A stretch of DNA of 64,000 nt, taken from a candidate division FCPU426 bacterium (GTDB taxonomy: Bacteria > Oederibacteriota > JAAXVQ01 > JAUVAV01). The stretch covers positions 224,001 through 288,000 of the forward strand of contig JBFLYH010000003.1 in NCBI GenBank assembly GCA_040756875.1, written 5' to 3'. Below are positions 29,054 to 38,425 of this stretch, one piece after another. A program made the position numbers and the translations under genes. The stretch's first letter is position 1; every line of letters starts with the position of its first letter. The notes under the pieces were generated by a model. The model ran no database searches. It was given only the letters and a program-made list of their open reading frames with translations, and was not told the DNA's origin.

Positions 29054-29842
29054 ATGCGTGGTCTAGTCTGTTATTACTCCAGCACGGGAAACACCCGGCT
29101 CGTCAGCCGATACGCGGCCAGAAAGCTGGCTGCCGCCGAATGGACGCTGTGCGACCTCATCCAGGAAGCGGCCCCGGATTTGAATCCCTTCGGCGCGGTC
29201 ATGTTTGTTTGTCCCACGGATTTCTGGAGCGTGCCTGAGCGCGTGATCCGCTTTATCCGCTCGCTCCCGCTGCAAACCGGCCGTCCGGCTTTCGTCCTAG
29301 CCACGTATGGCATGATGGGCGCCTTTGCCCTGCGGGACCTGGGCCGGCTGGTGCGCAAACGCGGTTTCAAAATCATCGGCGCCGCGCCTTTTCACACCCC
29401 GGAAAATTATCCGCCGCTCATTGTCCAAGGCCTGGGCATGAAACAGTCGCCTTCGGAGGAGGAATTGCGCCGCTTCGACCGGGAACTGAGCCAATGGAAC
29501 GCGCGGCTGCAGGACGCGGCCGCCGGCCGTCCAGTCCGGGCTTTAAAACCCGGCGAAGGCCTGGCTTCCCTGCTCCCCGCGCCCGGCCGCGCCACGGCGC
29601 GCAGGGACATGGGGGAGAAATTCGTGGACGAGAGCCTGTGCAGCCAATGCGGGACCTGTCAAAAAGGCTGTCCCTACCAGGCCATTCAACTGGCGCCGTT
29701 CCCGGCCTTCAACCAGGCCGTATGCTACGGATGCTGGCGCTGCTTCAACCGCTGTCCTAAAAAAGCCATCTATACCAAAAAATTCAGGGAACAAGGCCGG
29801 TATCCCCGGCCCGAGCCGGCCCTGGAGGAAAAACTGCGCTGA
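29054..29842 (+). CDS. EFR1-family ferredoxin (flavodoxin domain + 2x[4Fe-4S])
   Basis: YYSSTGNT, TPENY, CSQCGTCQKGCP, CYGCWRCFNRCP; RBS GGAGG. Confidence 0.9.
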   Translation: MRGLVCYYSSTGNTRLVSRYAARKLAAAEWTLCDLIQEAAPDLNPFGAVMFVCPTDFWSVPERVIRFIRSLPLQTGRPAFVLATYGMMGAFALRDLGRLVRKRGFKIIGAAPFHTPENYPPLIVQGLGMKQSPSEEELRRFDRELSQWNARLQDAAAGRPVRALKPGEGLASLLPAPGRATARRDMGEKFVDESLCSQCGTCQKGCPYQAIQLAPFPAFNQAVCYGCWRCFNRCPKKAIYTKKFREQGRYPRPEPALEEKLR

Positions 29843-29895
29843 CCGCCGCCCAACGGCCCGGCTGACGCGTGAATACAGGAAGGAACGATCCCCTC

Positions 29896-31191
29896 ATGCC
29901 CTCCAACCATTTTTCGGAAACATACTACCAACGCTCGCGCGAAGTTTTAACCAGCGCCCTGGCGGATGTCGCCGCCTATCGCGACTGGCGCGGCCTGGAC
30001 CCGGGTGAAGACGCCCCTGTCGACCGGCGGTACGCGGCCCTGCCTGCGCTGACCAAGCAGATTTTGACGGAATACTTTCCCCACGGTTTGGTGCCCAGAC
30101 AGAACAATGTGACCGAGGCGCTGAAATCCGGAGAGATCGAATTCGTGGAAACCAGCGGCACTACCTCGGACCGGATCACCAACATCTGGAACCAAGTCTG
30201 GTGGGATGCCTCGGAAGCCGCGTCCTGGAAGCTCAACGTCCATACCCAGAGGCTGGACGGGCGCCATCCCGAGGCGATTCTGACCAGCGCGCTCAACGTG
30301 GGGTTCAGGTCCAAAGCGGACCTTCCCTTCGGGGCGCGCCGGCTGGGGCGTTTTCTTTACCTGAACGAAAAGGCCATGACGCAGGAATTGACCGACCGCC
30401 ACTTCGAACGCATGGCCCGCGAGCTGGAGGAGTTTCGCCCCGTGCTGCTGGAAGCGAACGCCTCCTGGCTGGCGCGCCTGGCTTGGTGGGCAAGTGACCG
30501 CGGGGTGAAGCTGGCCGCGCCCCAGGCTGTAGTCTACACTTACGAACTGCCCTCGGCTTTGCATTTGGCGAGCATCCGCCGGGTTTTGCCGGTGCCGTTC
30601 ATCAGTTCCTACGGCTCCACGGAAACCGGCTATGTGTTCATGCAGTGTGAACACGGACATTTCCATCAAAACACCGAATATTGCCGCGTGGATTACGAGC
30701 CCCTCCGGCCTGAACACGGCGGCCCGGACCTGGGACGCATCCTGGTCACGACCTTCCAGAATCCCTGGACCATTTTGGTCCGTTTCGACGTCGGCGACCT
30801 GGTGCGGCTGGCCGGGCCAGAGGGCTGTCCCTGCGGAAGGAAAGACGGGCTCGTGCTTTCGGCCATCGAAGGCCGCCTGGCCAACGCCACCTACTCAACT
30901 GCGGGCCGCCTGATCACCCCGCGGCAGGCGGACGAGGCCCTGGCCCAAGTGCCGGGCCTTCGCGATTACCAGGTGGAACAGACCGGGCCGGAGGATTACA
31001 AACTCAGCGTGATGCCCGAGCTGTCCGCACGGGGCGTATCCGGGCCAGCCCGTGATGCCCTGGCTGCGGTTTACGGCCTGGGCGCCCGGATCGCAACCGC
31101 GGAAAGGGAGGACCTCTTGCCCTGGCCTTCCGGAAAGTTCCGCCGCACCCGGTTGTCCTTTGAATTGGAGCCGAAAGGACTTTTCGCATGA
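29896..31191 (+). CDS. Phenylacetate-CoA ligase (PaaK)-like adenylate-forming enzyme
   Basis: LPALTK, ETSGTTS, SSYGSTE, RFDVGD, CPCGR..IEGR, SGKFR. Confidence 0.85.
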   Translation: MPSNHFSETYYQRSREVLTSALADVAAYRDWRGLDPGEDAPVDRRYAALPALTKQILTEYFPHGLVPRQNNVTEALKSGEIEFVETSGTTSDRITNIWNQVWWDASEAASWKLNVHTQRLDGRHPEAILTSALNVGFRSKADLPFGARRLGRFLYLNEKAMTQELTDRHFERMARELEEFRPVLLEANASWLARLAWWASDRGVKLAAPQAVVYTYELPSALHLASIRRVLPVPFISSYGSTETGYVFMQCEHGHFHQNTEYCRVDYEPLRPEHGGPDLGRILVTTFQNPWTILVRFDVGDLVRLAGPEGCPCGRKDGLVLSAIEGRLANATYSTAGRLITPRQADEALAQVPGLRDYQVEQTGPEDYKLSVMPELSARGVSGPARDALAAVYGLGARIATAEREDLLPWPSGKFRRTRLSFELEPKGLFA

Positions 31192-31895
31192 ACCGGATCA
31201 AGCCCGTCTATCTCATGGCCGGCGGCAACTGGCGCAAACCGAGCGCCCTCCTGCCCCAGTTCCAGACCATTCTGGCTGAAACCGGGAAACCCCGTCCCCT
31301 CGTGGCCACCATCGGCGCGGCCAACGGCGACGATGCGTTTTTCTTCAGATTCACGCGCCATTGGCTCCTGCGCGCCGGCGCCGGAGAGGTCATGCCCGTG
31401 CGCCTGGCTTCGAAGCGCGCGGACGCGGCCCGGGCGCTGGAAATCCTGCAAGCCGCCGACGCGGTGTTTCTGTCCGGCGGCGATGTGGACGAAGGCATGC
31501 GCTGGCTGAAGCATCACGGGATCATTCCCGCGCTGCGCGGGCTCCGCCGCCGGGGCAAGTTGTTTTTCGGATTGTCGGCCGGAAGCATTATGCTCGGCAC
31601 GCGCTGGGTCCGCTGGCCGGATGAAAACAACGATGATTCGGCGGAATTGTTCGAGTGCCTGGGATTGGCGCCGGTTCTCTGCGACACCCATGCCGAGGAG
31701 GACGATTGGGAGGAACTGAAAACCGCGGTGCGGCTGCTCGCGGGCCGGGGGTGCGGGTACGGCATTCCCACGGGCGGCGCGATCCGGGTGTCGCCGTCAG
31801 GAACCTTGACCGCGTTCGGACAGCCAGCGGTGCGTTACCTGCGGAAACACGGCCAGGCGGTTAAAGCGGAGGATTTGCCCGCCAAACCTTTTTAA
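31188..31895 (+). CDS. Peptidase S51 family (dipeptidase E/cyanophycinase-like)
   Basis: ADAVFLSGGD, FGLSAGS (nucleophile Ser), CDTHAE; ATGA overlap with the ligase gene. Confidence 0.8.
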   Translation: MNRIKPVYLMAGGNWRKPSALLPQFQTILAETGKPRPLVATIGAANGDDAFFFRFTRHWLLRAGAGEVMPVRLASKRADAARALEILQAADAVFLSGGDVDEGMRWLKHHGIIPALRGLRRRGKLFFGLSAGSIMLGTRWVRWPDENNDDSAELFECLGLAPVLCDTHAEEDDWEELKTAVRLLAGRGCGYGIPTGGAIRVSPSGTLTAFGQPAVRYLRKHGQAVKAEDLPAKPF

Positions 31896-31909
31896 CCTCC
31901 GGGGCCGGC

Positions 31910-32362
31910 TCAGGCGTTGTTTTTCTCAAAATACACCAGATCGAACTTCTCCCCTGCCGCCTCTTCCCGAACAATTTGATACCCTAACTTTTGGTAGAAA
32001 TGCACGTTCCGCGGGCTCTGTTTGGCTGTGAACAGGGAGTATTTTCCGCATTGCGCGAATTCCTTTTCCACGTGACCCATGAGCACTTTGCCAAAGCCCC
32101 GGTTCTGATAAGCCGGATGCACGATCACGCGTCCGATGTAGCAAACTCCTGCTTTCTCATACGCCCGGACTGAGCCGATGATTTTCCCGCCCTGGCAGAG
32201 CTTGTAGATGGTCTGCTGATTGAAGTCTTCCTTCATCCCTTCCAGAGTCTGCGTCAAAGGCGCGATATGGTAATCGCGGCACAGCTCCGCCTCGCTCTGG
32301 TACGCCAGCTTCTGCAGCGCCAGGATCTCCGCCAAATCGTTGATTGACGCCTTTTCGATCAT
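31910..32362 (-). CDS. GNAT family N-acetyltransferase
   Basis: LQKLAYQSEA, VHPAYQNRGFG, FYQKLGY. Confidence 0.92.
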   Translation of the reverse strand: MIEKASINDLAEILALQKLAYQSEAELCRDYHIAPLTQTLEGMKEDFNQQTIYKLCQGGKIIGSVRAYEKAGVCYIGRVIVHPAYQNRGFGKVLMGHVEKEFAQCGKYSLFTAKQSPRNVHFYQKLGYQIVREEAAGEKFDLVYFEKNNA

Positions 32363-32427
32363 CGCCTTGACTCCCCTCCCGGCCTGCAACGGCATTGCCG
32401 CGTCCGGCCGCTTCTTCCGGGTTGACG

Positions 32428-32862
32428 CTATTCGGCCCAATACGCGCGGACGAATTTCCAGGCGCCGTTGATCTTCCTGAACTCAAACAGGCCCACCCGC
32501 GCGAAATCCGAGCCGGGCGCATAGTCGCGCTCCGTGACTTGCGGCGTGCGGTTGATCAACTGCAGCATGGTTTCCGGCTCCGGCCGCATTCCCGGGTCAG
32601 CCTGGAGGACGGCCGGATACATGCGTTCGAACCATTCCCGGTCGCGCGGGATTTCCGGGTCCTCGTCCATTTCGCCGCGGGTGATGAACGGAAACTGCGT
32701 CATGGCCGCGGCCTTCCGCGCGCTCAGGCTCAGGCTGGCAGCGCGGAATTCCTTCCAATAGGCGTGAAAATCCCCCTGCGCCGCCGGGGGTTGACCCTGG
32801 CTGCACGCCGCCAGGGCAAAACCAGACAATACCCAGCACCAGCCAATCAGCCTTTTTCTCAT
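32428..32862 (-). CDS. Hypothetical lipoprotein
   Basis: RBS AAGGAG; lipobox LAAC; FEFRKINGAWKF C-terminus. Confidence 0.7.
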   Translation of the reverse strand: MRKRLIGWCWVLSGFALAACSQGQPPAAQGDFHAYWKEFRAASLSLSARKAAAMTQFPFITRGEMDEDPEIPRDREWFERMYPAVLQADPGMRPEPETMLQLINRTPQVTERDYAPGSDFARVGLFEFRKINGAWKFVRAYWAE

Positions 32863-33083
32863 GGGTGCAGCTCCTTTACACAGCCTGATGCGTCTATTGT
32901 AGGGCGCAAGCAGAGCAGGGGCAAGAAAAAGGAATGGAATCAAGCCTGGCTGGCGCGATCCTTCCAATCCCATGCGGCCAAGTTCCGCGAAATCGGTTCT
33001 CTACACTGCCAGGTGCCGGGCTTCCGGAACTATGCTATACTTTGACAATTCATGATTCCAATACAAAGGGAGGATCGGCATCT

Positions 33084-33701
33084 ATGCCCACCGCAGCACA
33101 AATTCTTCAAACGCTCGCTTTGATCGCCAACCAAAATACCTGGCTGTCCATTGCTTGGCACGCGGCCATCGCCCTGGCGCTGGTGGCCGTGCTGGCCGGC
33201 TGGAAGCCTTCCCTGCGCGTGACCGGTATGATAATGGCCCTGCCCTTGTTGTCGGTCAGTCTCCTCGCTTGGCGATATGGCAATCCCTTCAATGGCATGC
33301 TGTTCCTGACCGCCGCTTTATTGTTAGGCGGGCTGGCCCTGCGTTTGGATAAAAGGTCCATTTCCATCGCCGCGGGCTGGACTGTTTGGGCTGGAATCGC
33401 CATGCTCGCCTTTGGTTGGGTGTATCCGCATTTCCTGGAGAACGCCGGCTGGTTAACCTATCTTTATGCGTCGCCGGTCGGGCTGATTCCATGCCCCACC
33501 TTGTCTGCAACCATCGGCCTGGTATTGCTTGTCGACGGCTTGTCCAGCCGGAGCTGGTCGCTGATTTTAGCCGGATTCGGTTTGTTCTATGGATTGTTCG
33601 GGACTTTCAGGCTGCACGTATGGCTGGATATCGGCCTGGTCGTTGGATCGCTCGCTCTGGCAATCCGGGCTTTAGCGCTGACAAAGGCCGGCTTGAAGTA
33701 G
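33084..33701 (+). CDS. Integral membrane protein (DUF6064-like)
   Basis: RBS GGGAGG; about 7 TM; NPFNG, YPHF, PCPT. Confidence 0.7.
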   Translation: MPTAAQILQTLALIANQNTWLSIAWHAAIALALVAVLAGWKPSLRVTGMIMALPLLSVSLLAWRYGNPFNGMLFLTAALLLGGLALRLDKRSISIAAGWTVWAGIAMLAFGWVYPHFLENAGWLTYLYASPVGLIPCPTLSATIGLVLLVDGLSSRSWSLILAGFGLFYGLFGTFRLHVWLDIGLVVGSLALAIRALALTKAGLK

Positions 33702-33714
33702 TTGGAGCCTGGTT

Positions 33715-34716
33715 TTAATCGTGCGAATGCTCAGGCAGGTTGTCGTGCGCGTGACTAGGGATGTGGTGGTGTTCCTCGCCCAGGGCGTCGATGGGATCGA
33801 TATGGAGGGTGGCGCCTGACAGATGCTTTAAATGATGCAGCAGCTGGTGGCGGGCTTCCTTGGCAATGGCGTGCCCTTCGGCAACGGTTAGGTGCGAGTC
33901 CACCGCGAGATTGACCTCGGCATGCAGCTGGTGCCCAAGCCACCGGCAACGCACTTCCGCGACCTCCTTCACTCCCGGAACATGCCCCACCGCATGCTTG
34001 ATTTCATCGACCACCTCGGGATTCACGCCGTCGAGCAAGCGCGAAAACACCGTTCGGGCGGAATCCCATACGATGAACAGGATCGCCAGCGTGATCAAGA
34101 GACCGATGATGGGGTCCGCCAAGGGGAATCCCAGCCAAACCCCCAAGACGCCGCCCAGCACGGCCAGGCTGGTCAAGCCGTCCACGCGCGCATGGTTGCC
34201 GTCCGCGACCAAGGCGGCGCTGCCGATTTCCTTCCCGACTTTTATCCGGAACAGCGCCACGCCTTCATTGCCCAAAAAACCGATGACCGCGGCCGCCGCC
34301 ACCACCCCCAAGTGCCCGATCGGTGCCGGATGGAGGAGACGGTCGATCGATTGATATCCGGCGACAATGGCGCTGAATAATATCGTGGCCACCACCGCCA
34401 CCCCGGCCAGGTCTTCCACGCGCCCCAGGCCGTAGGTAAAACGCGTGCTGGGTTTGCGCTTGGCGAGGATGAAAGCCACGGCCAAGGGAATGGCAGTGGC
34501 CGCATCGCCGAAATTGTGAATGGTGTCCGCGAGCAACGCCACGCTGCCGCTGATAAAAACGATCGCGAGTTGGACCAGCGCGGTCAGGAAGAGCCAAATA
34601 AACGACCACTTGACCGCCCAGATCCCCCGGTCGGTCGAGAGGAGGCTGATGTCCGCGTCTCCATGGGCATGACCGAATCCATGAACATGCCCGTGTCCAC
34701 TGTGTCCGTGTCCCAT
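33715..34716 (-). CDS. Cation diffusion facilitator family transporter
   Basis: His-rich termini; SGSVALLADTIHN, ADGNHARVD, ADPII, LHIDP. Confidence 0.95.
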   Translation of the reverse strand: MGHGHSGHGHVHGFGHAHGDADISLLSTDRGIWAVKWSFIWLFLTALVQLAIVFISGSVALLADTIHNFGDAATAIPLAVAFILAKRKPSTRFTYGLGRVEDLAGVAVVATILFSAIVAGYQSIDRLLHPAPIGHLGVVAAAAVIGFLGNEGVALFRIKVGKEIGSAALVADGNHARVDGLTSLAVLGGVLGVWLGFPLADPIIGLLITLAILFIVWDSARTVFSRLLDGVNPEVVDEIKHAVGHVPGVKEVAEVRCRWLGHQLHAEVNLAVDSHLTVAEGHAIAKEARHQLLHHLKHLSGATLHIDPIDALGEEHHHIPSHAHDNLPEHSHD

Positions 34717-34829
34717 GGTCTCTCCTCGGAGTTCAGGCCTAGCAGCTATTGACCAGGGTTATAGCAATAATAGGCGGGATAATAAAGGGTATTTTCCGCC
34801 CTTCCGGCAGAAGCAAAGAGCGGTTGGCA

Positions 34830-35207
34830 CTATCCTCCAATCGCCGCCTTAAGCGCATTAAGGTCAAACGGTTTTGCCAGGCATTGATCCACACCTGCCT
34901 GCAGGGCTATGGCTGCCAATTGTTCGTCCATTTGCGCGGAAAACATGATGATCCTGGGTCTTACCCGCCCCTTCCCGCCGTTGGCGCTCTGATCCAGCCT
35001 TCTCAGGTTAGCCGCCAGTTCCAATCCGTTCATAGCCGGCAGGGCGTAATCCACCAGCACCACCTGAGGCTGAATTTCCAGGGCGCAAGTCAACCCGGCT
35101 TCGGCGGTCAAGGCCCCGGTTACCGCGTATTCCCCGGCCAGGGCGATTTCGAGGGTTTCCAGCAGCTCAGGCTGGTCTTCGATGATGAGTAGTTTAATCA
35201 TTCTCAA
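34830..35207 (-). CDS. Single-domain response regulator receiver
   Basis: LIIED, VLVDYALPAMNG, MFSA, LAKPF. Confidence 0.88.
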   Translation of the reverse strand: MRMIKLLIIEDQPELLETLEIALAGEYAVTGALTAEAGLTCALEIQPQVVLVDYALPAMNGLELAANLRRLDQSANGGKGRVRPRIIMFSAQMDEQLAAIALQAGVDQCLAKPFDLNALKAAIGG

Positions 35208-35228
35208 TCTCCATAACCATTATTCCGT

Positions 35229-35260
35229 TGCTAACTTTAGTATGTCGACTATAGTTAGCA
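35229..35260. promoter_or_regulatory. C-box-like operator palindrome
   Basis: TGCTAACTTTAGT-ATGTCG-ACTATAGTTAGCA (13-bp arms, 1 mismatch), about 20 nt before the HTH start; no evident RBS. Confidence 0.65.
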
Positions 35261-35279
35261 CCCAAGCGACAATTTGTCC

Positions 35280-35495
35280 ATGAAAAAATACCCGGTATTG
35301 GTTAATTTCGGTGATCGATTGCGCGCATTGCGGCTCAAACAGGGGTTATCGCAAGAGAAATTGGCCGAATTGGCCGACGTTCACCGCACCTATATCGGGA
35401 TGCTCGAAAGAGCGGAAAAGAACGTAACCTTGAGGAATATTGAGAAGATTGCCAAAGCGCTAAAGATGAAGATGAGGGATTTGGTGGAAGGATAG
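35280..35495 (+). CDS. XRE-family HTH regulator, R-M controller (C) protein-like, copy 1
   Basis: FGDRLR..GLSQEKLAELADVHRTYIGMLERAEKNVTLRNIEKIAKAL. Confidence 0.9.
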   Translation: MKKYPVLVNFGDRLRALRLKQGLSQEKLAELADVHRTYIGMLERAEKNVTLRNIEKIAKALKMKMRDLVEG

Positions 35496-35513
35496 TCTGC
35501 GTTAACCTCACCC

Positions 35514-35729
35514 ATGAAAAAAGAAGCTGTACTTAAGGCATTTGCCAACAGACTTCGGGCCGAGCGGCTAAAGCGGGGCCTGTCCCAGGAAAAGCTGGCC
35601 GAATTGGCCAATGTGCATAGGAATTACATTGGAATGCTGGAAAGAGCCGAAAGAAACCCCTCGCTGATTCACTTCAAGAAAATCGCAAAGGCGTTGAAGG
35701 TAAAGGTTGGGAGTTTGGTGGAAGGATAA
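35514..35729 (+). CDS. XRE-family HTH regulator, C protein-like, copy 2
   Basis: GLSQEKLAELANVHRNYIGMLERAERNPSL..KIAKAL; same LVEG end as copy 1. Confidence 0.9.
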   Translation: MKKEAVLKAFANRLRAERLKRGLSQEKLAELANVHRNYIGMLERAERNPSLIHFKKIAKALKVKVGSLVEG

Positions 35730-35780
35730 GCCCACCCTTAGTTACTATCATTTGGGCAATCAAATAACGATCTTATTCAA

Positions 35781-36575
35781 TCAAACATTTATCCAATGTG
35801 TCTTCGCAATCTTACCTACCGATGGCATTTCTTGAAAAGCGACAAATGGCAACTTGGGAAATATCGCCGGTATTAGTGGTTTAGCTGGTTCAGGGTGCAA
35901 AGCCCCTCGCAGATAGACGACATTTTCATCTGCCGCGTTGACTAGGATCACCGCAGAAATAGATTCTCTGACCTCAATTACTTCAAATCTACCATTCTTC
36001 TCCTCTAACTTAACCGCCATCGAGTGCCTCAAATCTGTTTGATGACGTATCTCCCGTGTCTTGGCAAATTGGTTAATCGGAATAACGAGCTTCACTTGAG
36101 ATGTTAGTAATTCTGTAACAACACCAGCCTCGAAGAAAAGGCCTGAGTGTGAGTGATTTGAGCCAATGAATACAACTCTCGGGCCATTGCACTTACCAAA
36201 CTTTTTAGTTGCTTTTTTTACTGCATTAAATATTGTCTCAGTCGGCCTTTCATATGATCCCCCTGTAGAAGCTTCCTGCACGCCAGACCTATCGACAACA
36301 GCTTTGGTATTTATGAACTTCGCCTCGCAGTATAAATTGCCCTGCGTACTTCCACAAAAGAAGTCAGGGCCAGTTGCACAGGGATCGACTTGCATTTGAA
36401 AGTATTTTAAAATTCCAAACACCGTGGCCTCAAAACAAGCATCAGTATCATTATGTTTAATTCTACGAATAATGGGTTTGCAAAATGGCTTTTCGCTTTG
36501 GTTGGCTTTCAAGTACTCAAGGTAGATATTATTTCTATCCGTAGTAGAGCCAAGATTAATTTGAAGAGCTTTCAT
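35781..36575 (-). CDS. Low-GC hypothetical protein with a PD-(D/E)xK nuclease-like motif
   Basis: FEATV..GPDFFC..LYCEAK; visibly AT-rich versus flanks. Confidence 0.6.
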   Translation of the reverse strand: MKALQINLGSTTDRNNIYLEYLKANQSEKPFCKPIIRRIKHNDTDACFEATVFGILKYFQMQVDPCATGPDFFCGSTQGNLYCEAKFINTKAVVDRSGVQEASTGGSYERPTETIFNAVKKATKKFGKCNGPRVVFIGSNHSHSGLFFEAGVVTELLTSQVKLVIPINQFAKTREIRHQTDLRHSMAVKLEEKNGRFEVIEVRESISAVILVNAADENVVYLRGALHPEPAKPLIPAIFPKLPFVAFQEMPSVGKIAKTHWINV

Positions 36576-36769
36576 GCCTTCACTTTTCCACTGTTGGAAT
36601 TCGGGGACATTTCAACGGATTAATCTCCGTCCTTGCCCATCTTTTATGCATCCCGCGTTCGTTTCCCGTATTTTACGCCTAGTTGGTCATACTTTTGAAG
36701 TGCTTTCCGGATTTATATCGATCGGAGTGAGTAGTCATGTGCGAAGGCGGAGGGGGAAAGATTATTTCC

Positions 36770-36801
36770 CTGGATTCCGGCTTCGGGCATGCCGGAATGA
36801 C
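36770..36801. repeat. REP-like palindrome (GGATTCC..GGAATGAC type)
   Basis: CTGGATTCCGGCTTCGGGCATGCCGGAATGAC. Confidence 0.55.
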
Positions 36802-36993
36802 GACCCCTCTCCACCCTCCCCTTCATCCCCTCCCCAAGCTGCTTGCAATGCGAGCAGCAGAGCATTTGAGAGTCGATAGGAGAGAGTGGATAAAACCTCA
36901 AATGCGGTCTACTTTCCCCTTTCTACTTTCAGAATACTACGTGGGGCGAGGGGATTGTTAATGCTCAGGGCGCCTCGCAAAGATTAACTTTTG

Positions 36994-37074
36994 AACTCCC
37001 CCTACCCCCTCTTTGCCAAAGAGGGGGTAGGGGGAGTTGAGATTGCCGCGCCTCCTACGGAGGCTCGCAATGAC
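36994..37074. repeat. Perfect 21-bp inverted repeat fused to a GATTGC..GCAATGAC REP-like unit
   Basis: AACTCCCCCTACCCCCTCTTT-GCC-AAAGAGGGGGTAGGGGGAGTT then GAGATTGCCGCGCCTCCTACGGAGGCTCGCAATGAC (related unit at 44608). Confidence 0.75.
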
Positions 37075-37171
37075 AGCGGGAGGATCGCGAGGAAAGGCAG
37101 GTAATTAAAAATATCCGCAATGATTCTTCAGGTCGGCGGTCTAAGTATTAATGCTGCTCGGGGAGGTTCAA

Positions 37172-37726
37172 ATGAACAATAAAGAAACCAACCTTATTCC
37201 AAAGGAATCTATCGAAAATGTAATTTACCTTATCCGCGGTGAAAAAGTGATGCTGGATAGGGACCTGGCACAGCTCTACCGCGTTAAGACAATCGCATTG
37301 CGCCAACAAGTTAAAAGAAACATCCGAAGATTCCCCTCGGATTTCATGTTCATGCTGACTCTCGCCGAGGCGAGGGCTTTGGTATCACAGAATGTGATAC
37401 CATCCATGCGCAGTTTTGGCGGTGCCCGGCCATATGTTTTCACCGAAAGCGGGGTGGCGATGCTTTCCAGTGTACTCAAGAGTGACCGGGCCATCCAAGT
37501 CAACATTCAAATCATCAGGACATTCATCCGTTTGCGAAAAGTGCTATCCCTGCACAAAGGTATTCTCAAGCAACTTACAAAGCACGAATTGAAGCTCTTG
37601 GAGCTGGATAGACGCACCCATAAAATATCCGCCATCATTAATGATATTCTTCGACTGCCAATTACCCTTAAACGAAAACCAAAGCCTATTGGCTTTTTAC
37701 CTCCAAATAAGCGCGCATCACTATAG
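37172..37726 (+). CDS. ORF6N domain DNA-binding protein, copy 1
   Basis: IRGEKVMLDRDLAQLY, QVKRNIRRFPSDFMF, FTESGVAMLSSVLKS, C-terminal PIGF. Confidence 0.93.
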   Translation: MNNKETNLIPKESIENVIYLIRGEKVMLDRDLAQLYRVKTIALRQQVKRNIRRFPSDFMFMLTLAEARALVSQNVIPSMRSFGGARPYVFTESGVAMLSSVLKSDRAIQVNIQIIRTFIRLRKVLSLHKGILKQLTKHELKLLELDRRTHKISAIINDILRLPITLKRKPKPIGFLPPNKRASL

Positions 37727-37821
37727 CGATACACAACAAATAAACAAGGTTAATATTTTTCTCACAATGATTTTCCAGGTTTGCGGTCTAAGGATTAATA
37801 CTACTCCACGGAGGTTTTGTG

Positions 37822-38376
37822 ATGGCCAACCGCAAACCAAACAGCTTCATTCCGCAGGAAATGATTGAAACCAAGATTTACCTTATTCGAGGTGAGAAGG
37901 TCATGTTAGACAGGGACCTGGCGGAATTGTACGGAGTCTCAGTTAAAAGGTTGAAAGAACAGGTGAAGCGCAATCTCACAAGATTCCCAGCAGACTTTAT
38001 GATTAGGCTTGATTTTAAAGAGTTTTCAAACTTGAGGTCGCAAATTGCGACCTCAAGTTGGGGCGGTCAACGGTATTTACCCTTTGCTTTCACGGAGAAC
38101 GGGGTTGCCATGCTTTCCAGCATACTCAATAGCGATCGCGCTATCATGGTCAATATCCAAATCATGCGCACGTTCACGCGCATACGCAAACTTCTCGCCT
38201 CGCACAAGGAGATCCTGCGCAAGCTGGATCAGCTCGAAGCCAGGCAAAGCCAGCAGGGCGAACAGATCGTGCAAATCTTCCAGGTCATCAAGGCCATCCT
38301 CGATCTGCCCATCACCCTCAAGCACAAGTCCAAACGAATCGGATTCAAGCCACCTGCGGCATCTCAAGGCTCTTGA
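37822..38376 (+). CDS. ORF6N domain DNA-binding protein, copy 2
   Basis: IRGEKVMLDRDLAELYG, RFPADF, LRSQIATSSWGG, FTENGVAMLSS, RIGF. Confidence 0.93.
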   Translation: MANRKPNSFIPQEMIETKIYLIRGEKVMLDRDLAELYGVSVKRLKEQVKRNLTRFPADFMIRLDFKEFSNLRSQIATSSWGGQRYLPFAFTENGVAMLSSILNSDRAIMVNIQIMRTFTRIRKLLASHKEILRKLDQLEARQSQQGEQIVQIFQVIKAILDLPITLKHKSKRIGFKPPAASQGS

Positions 38377-38425
38377 AAGAGAGTTTTCCGGGCGATTATA
38401 ACGGAAGCGGATGTGGGGTTTTGGT

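Noticed and set aside
35229-38376. Prophage or intact restriction-modification system
   Set aside because: No integrase, structural genes, att repeats or DNA methyltransferase seen
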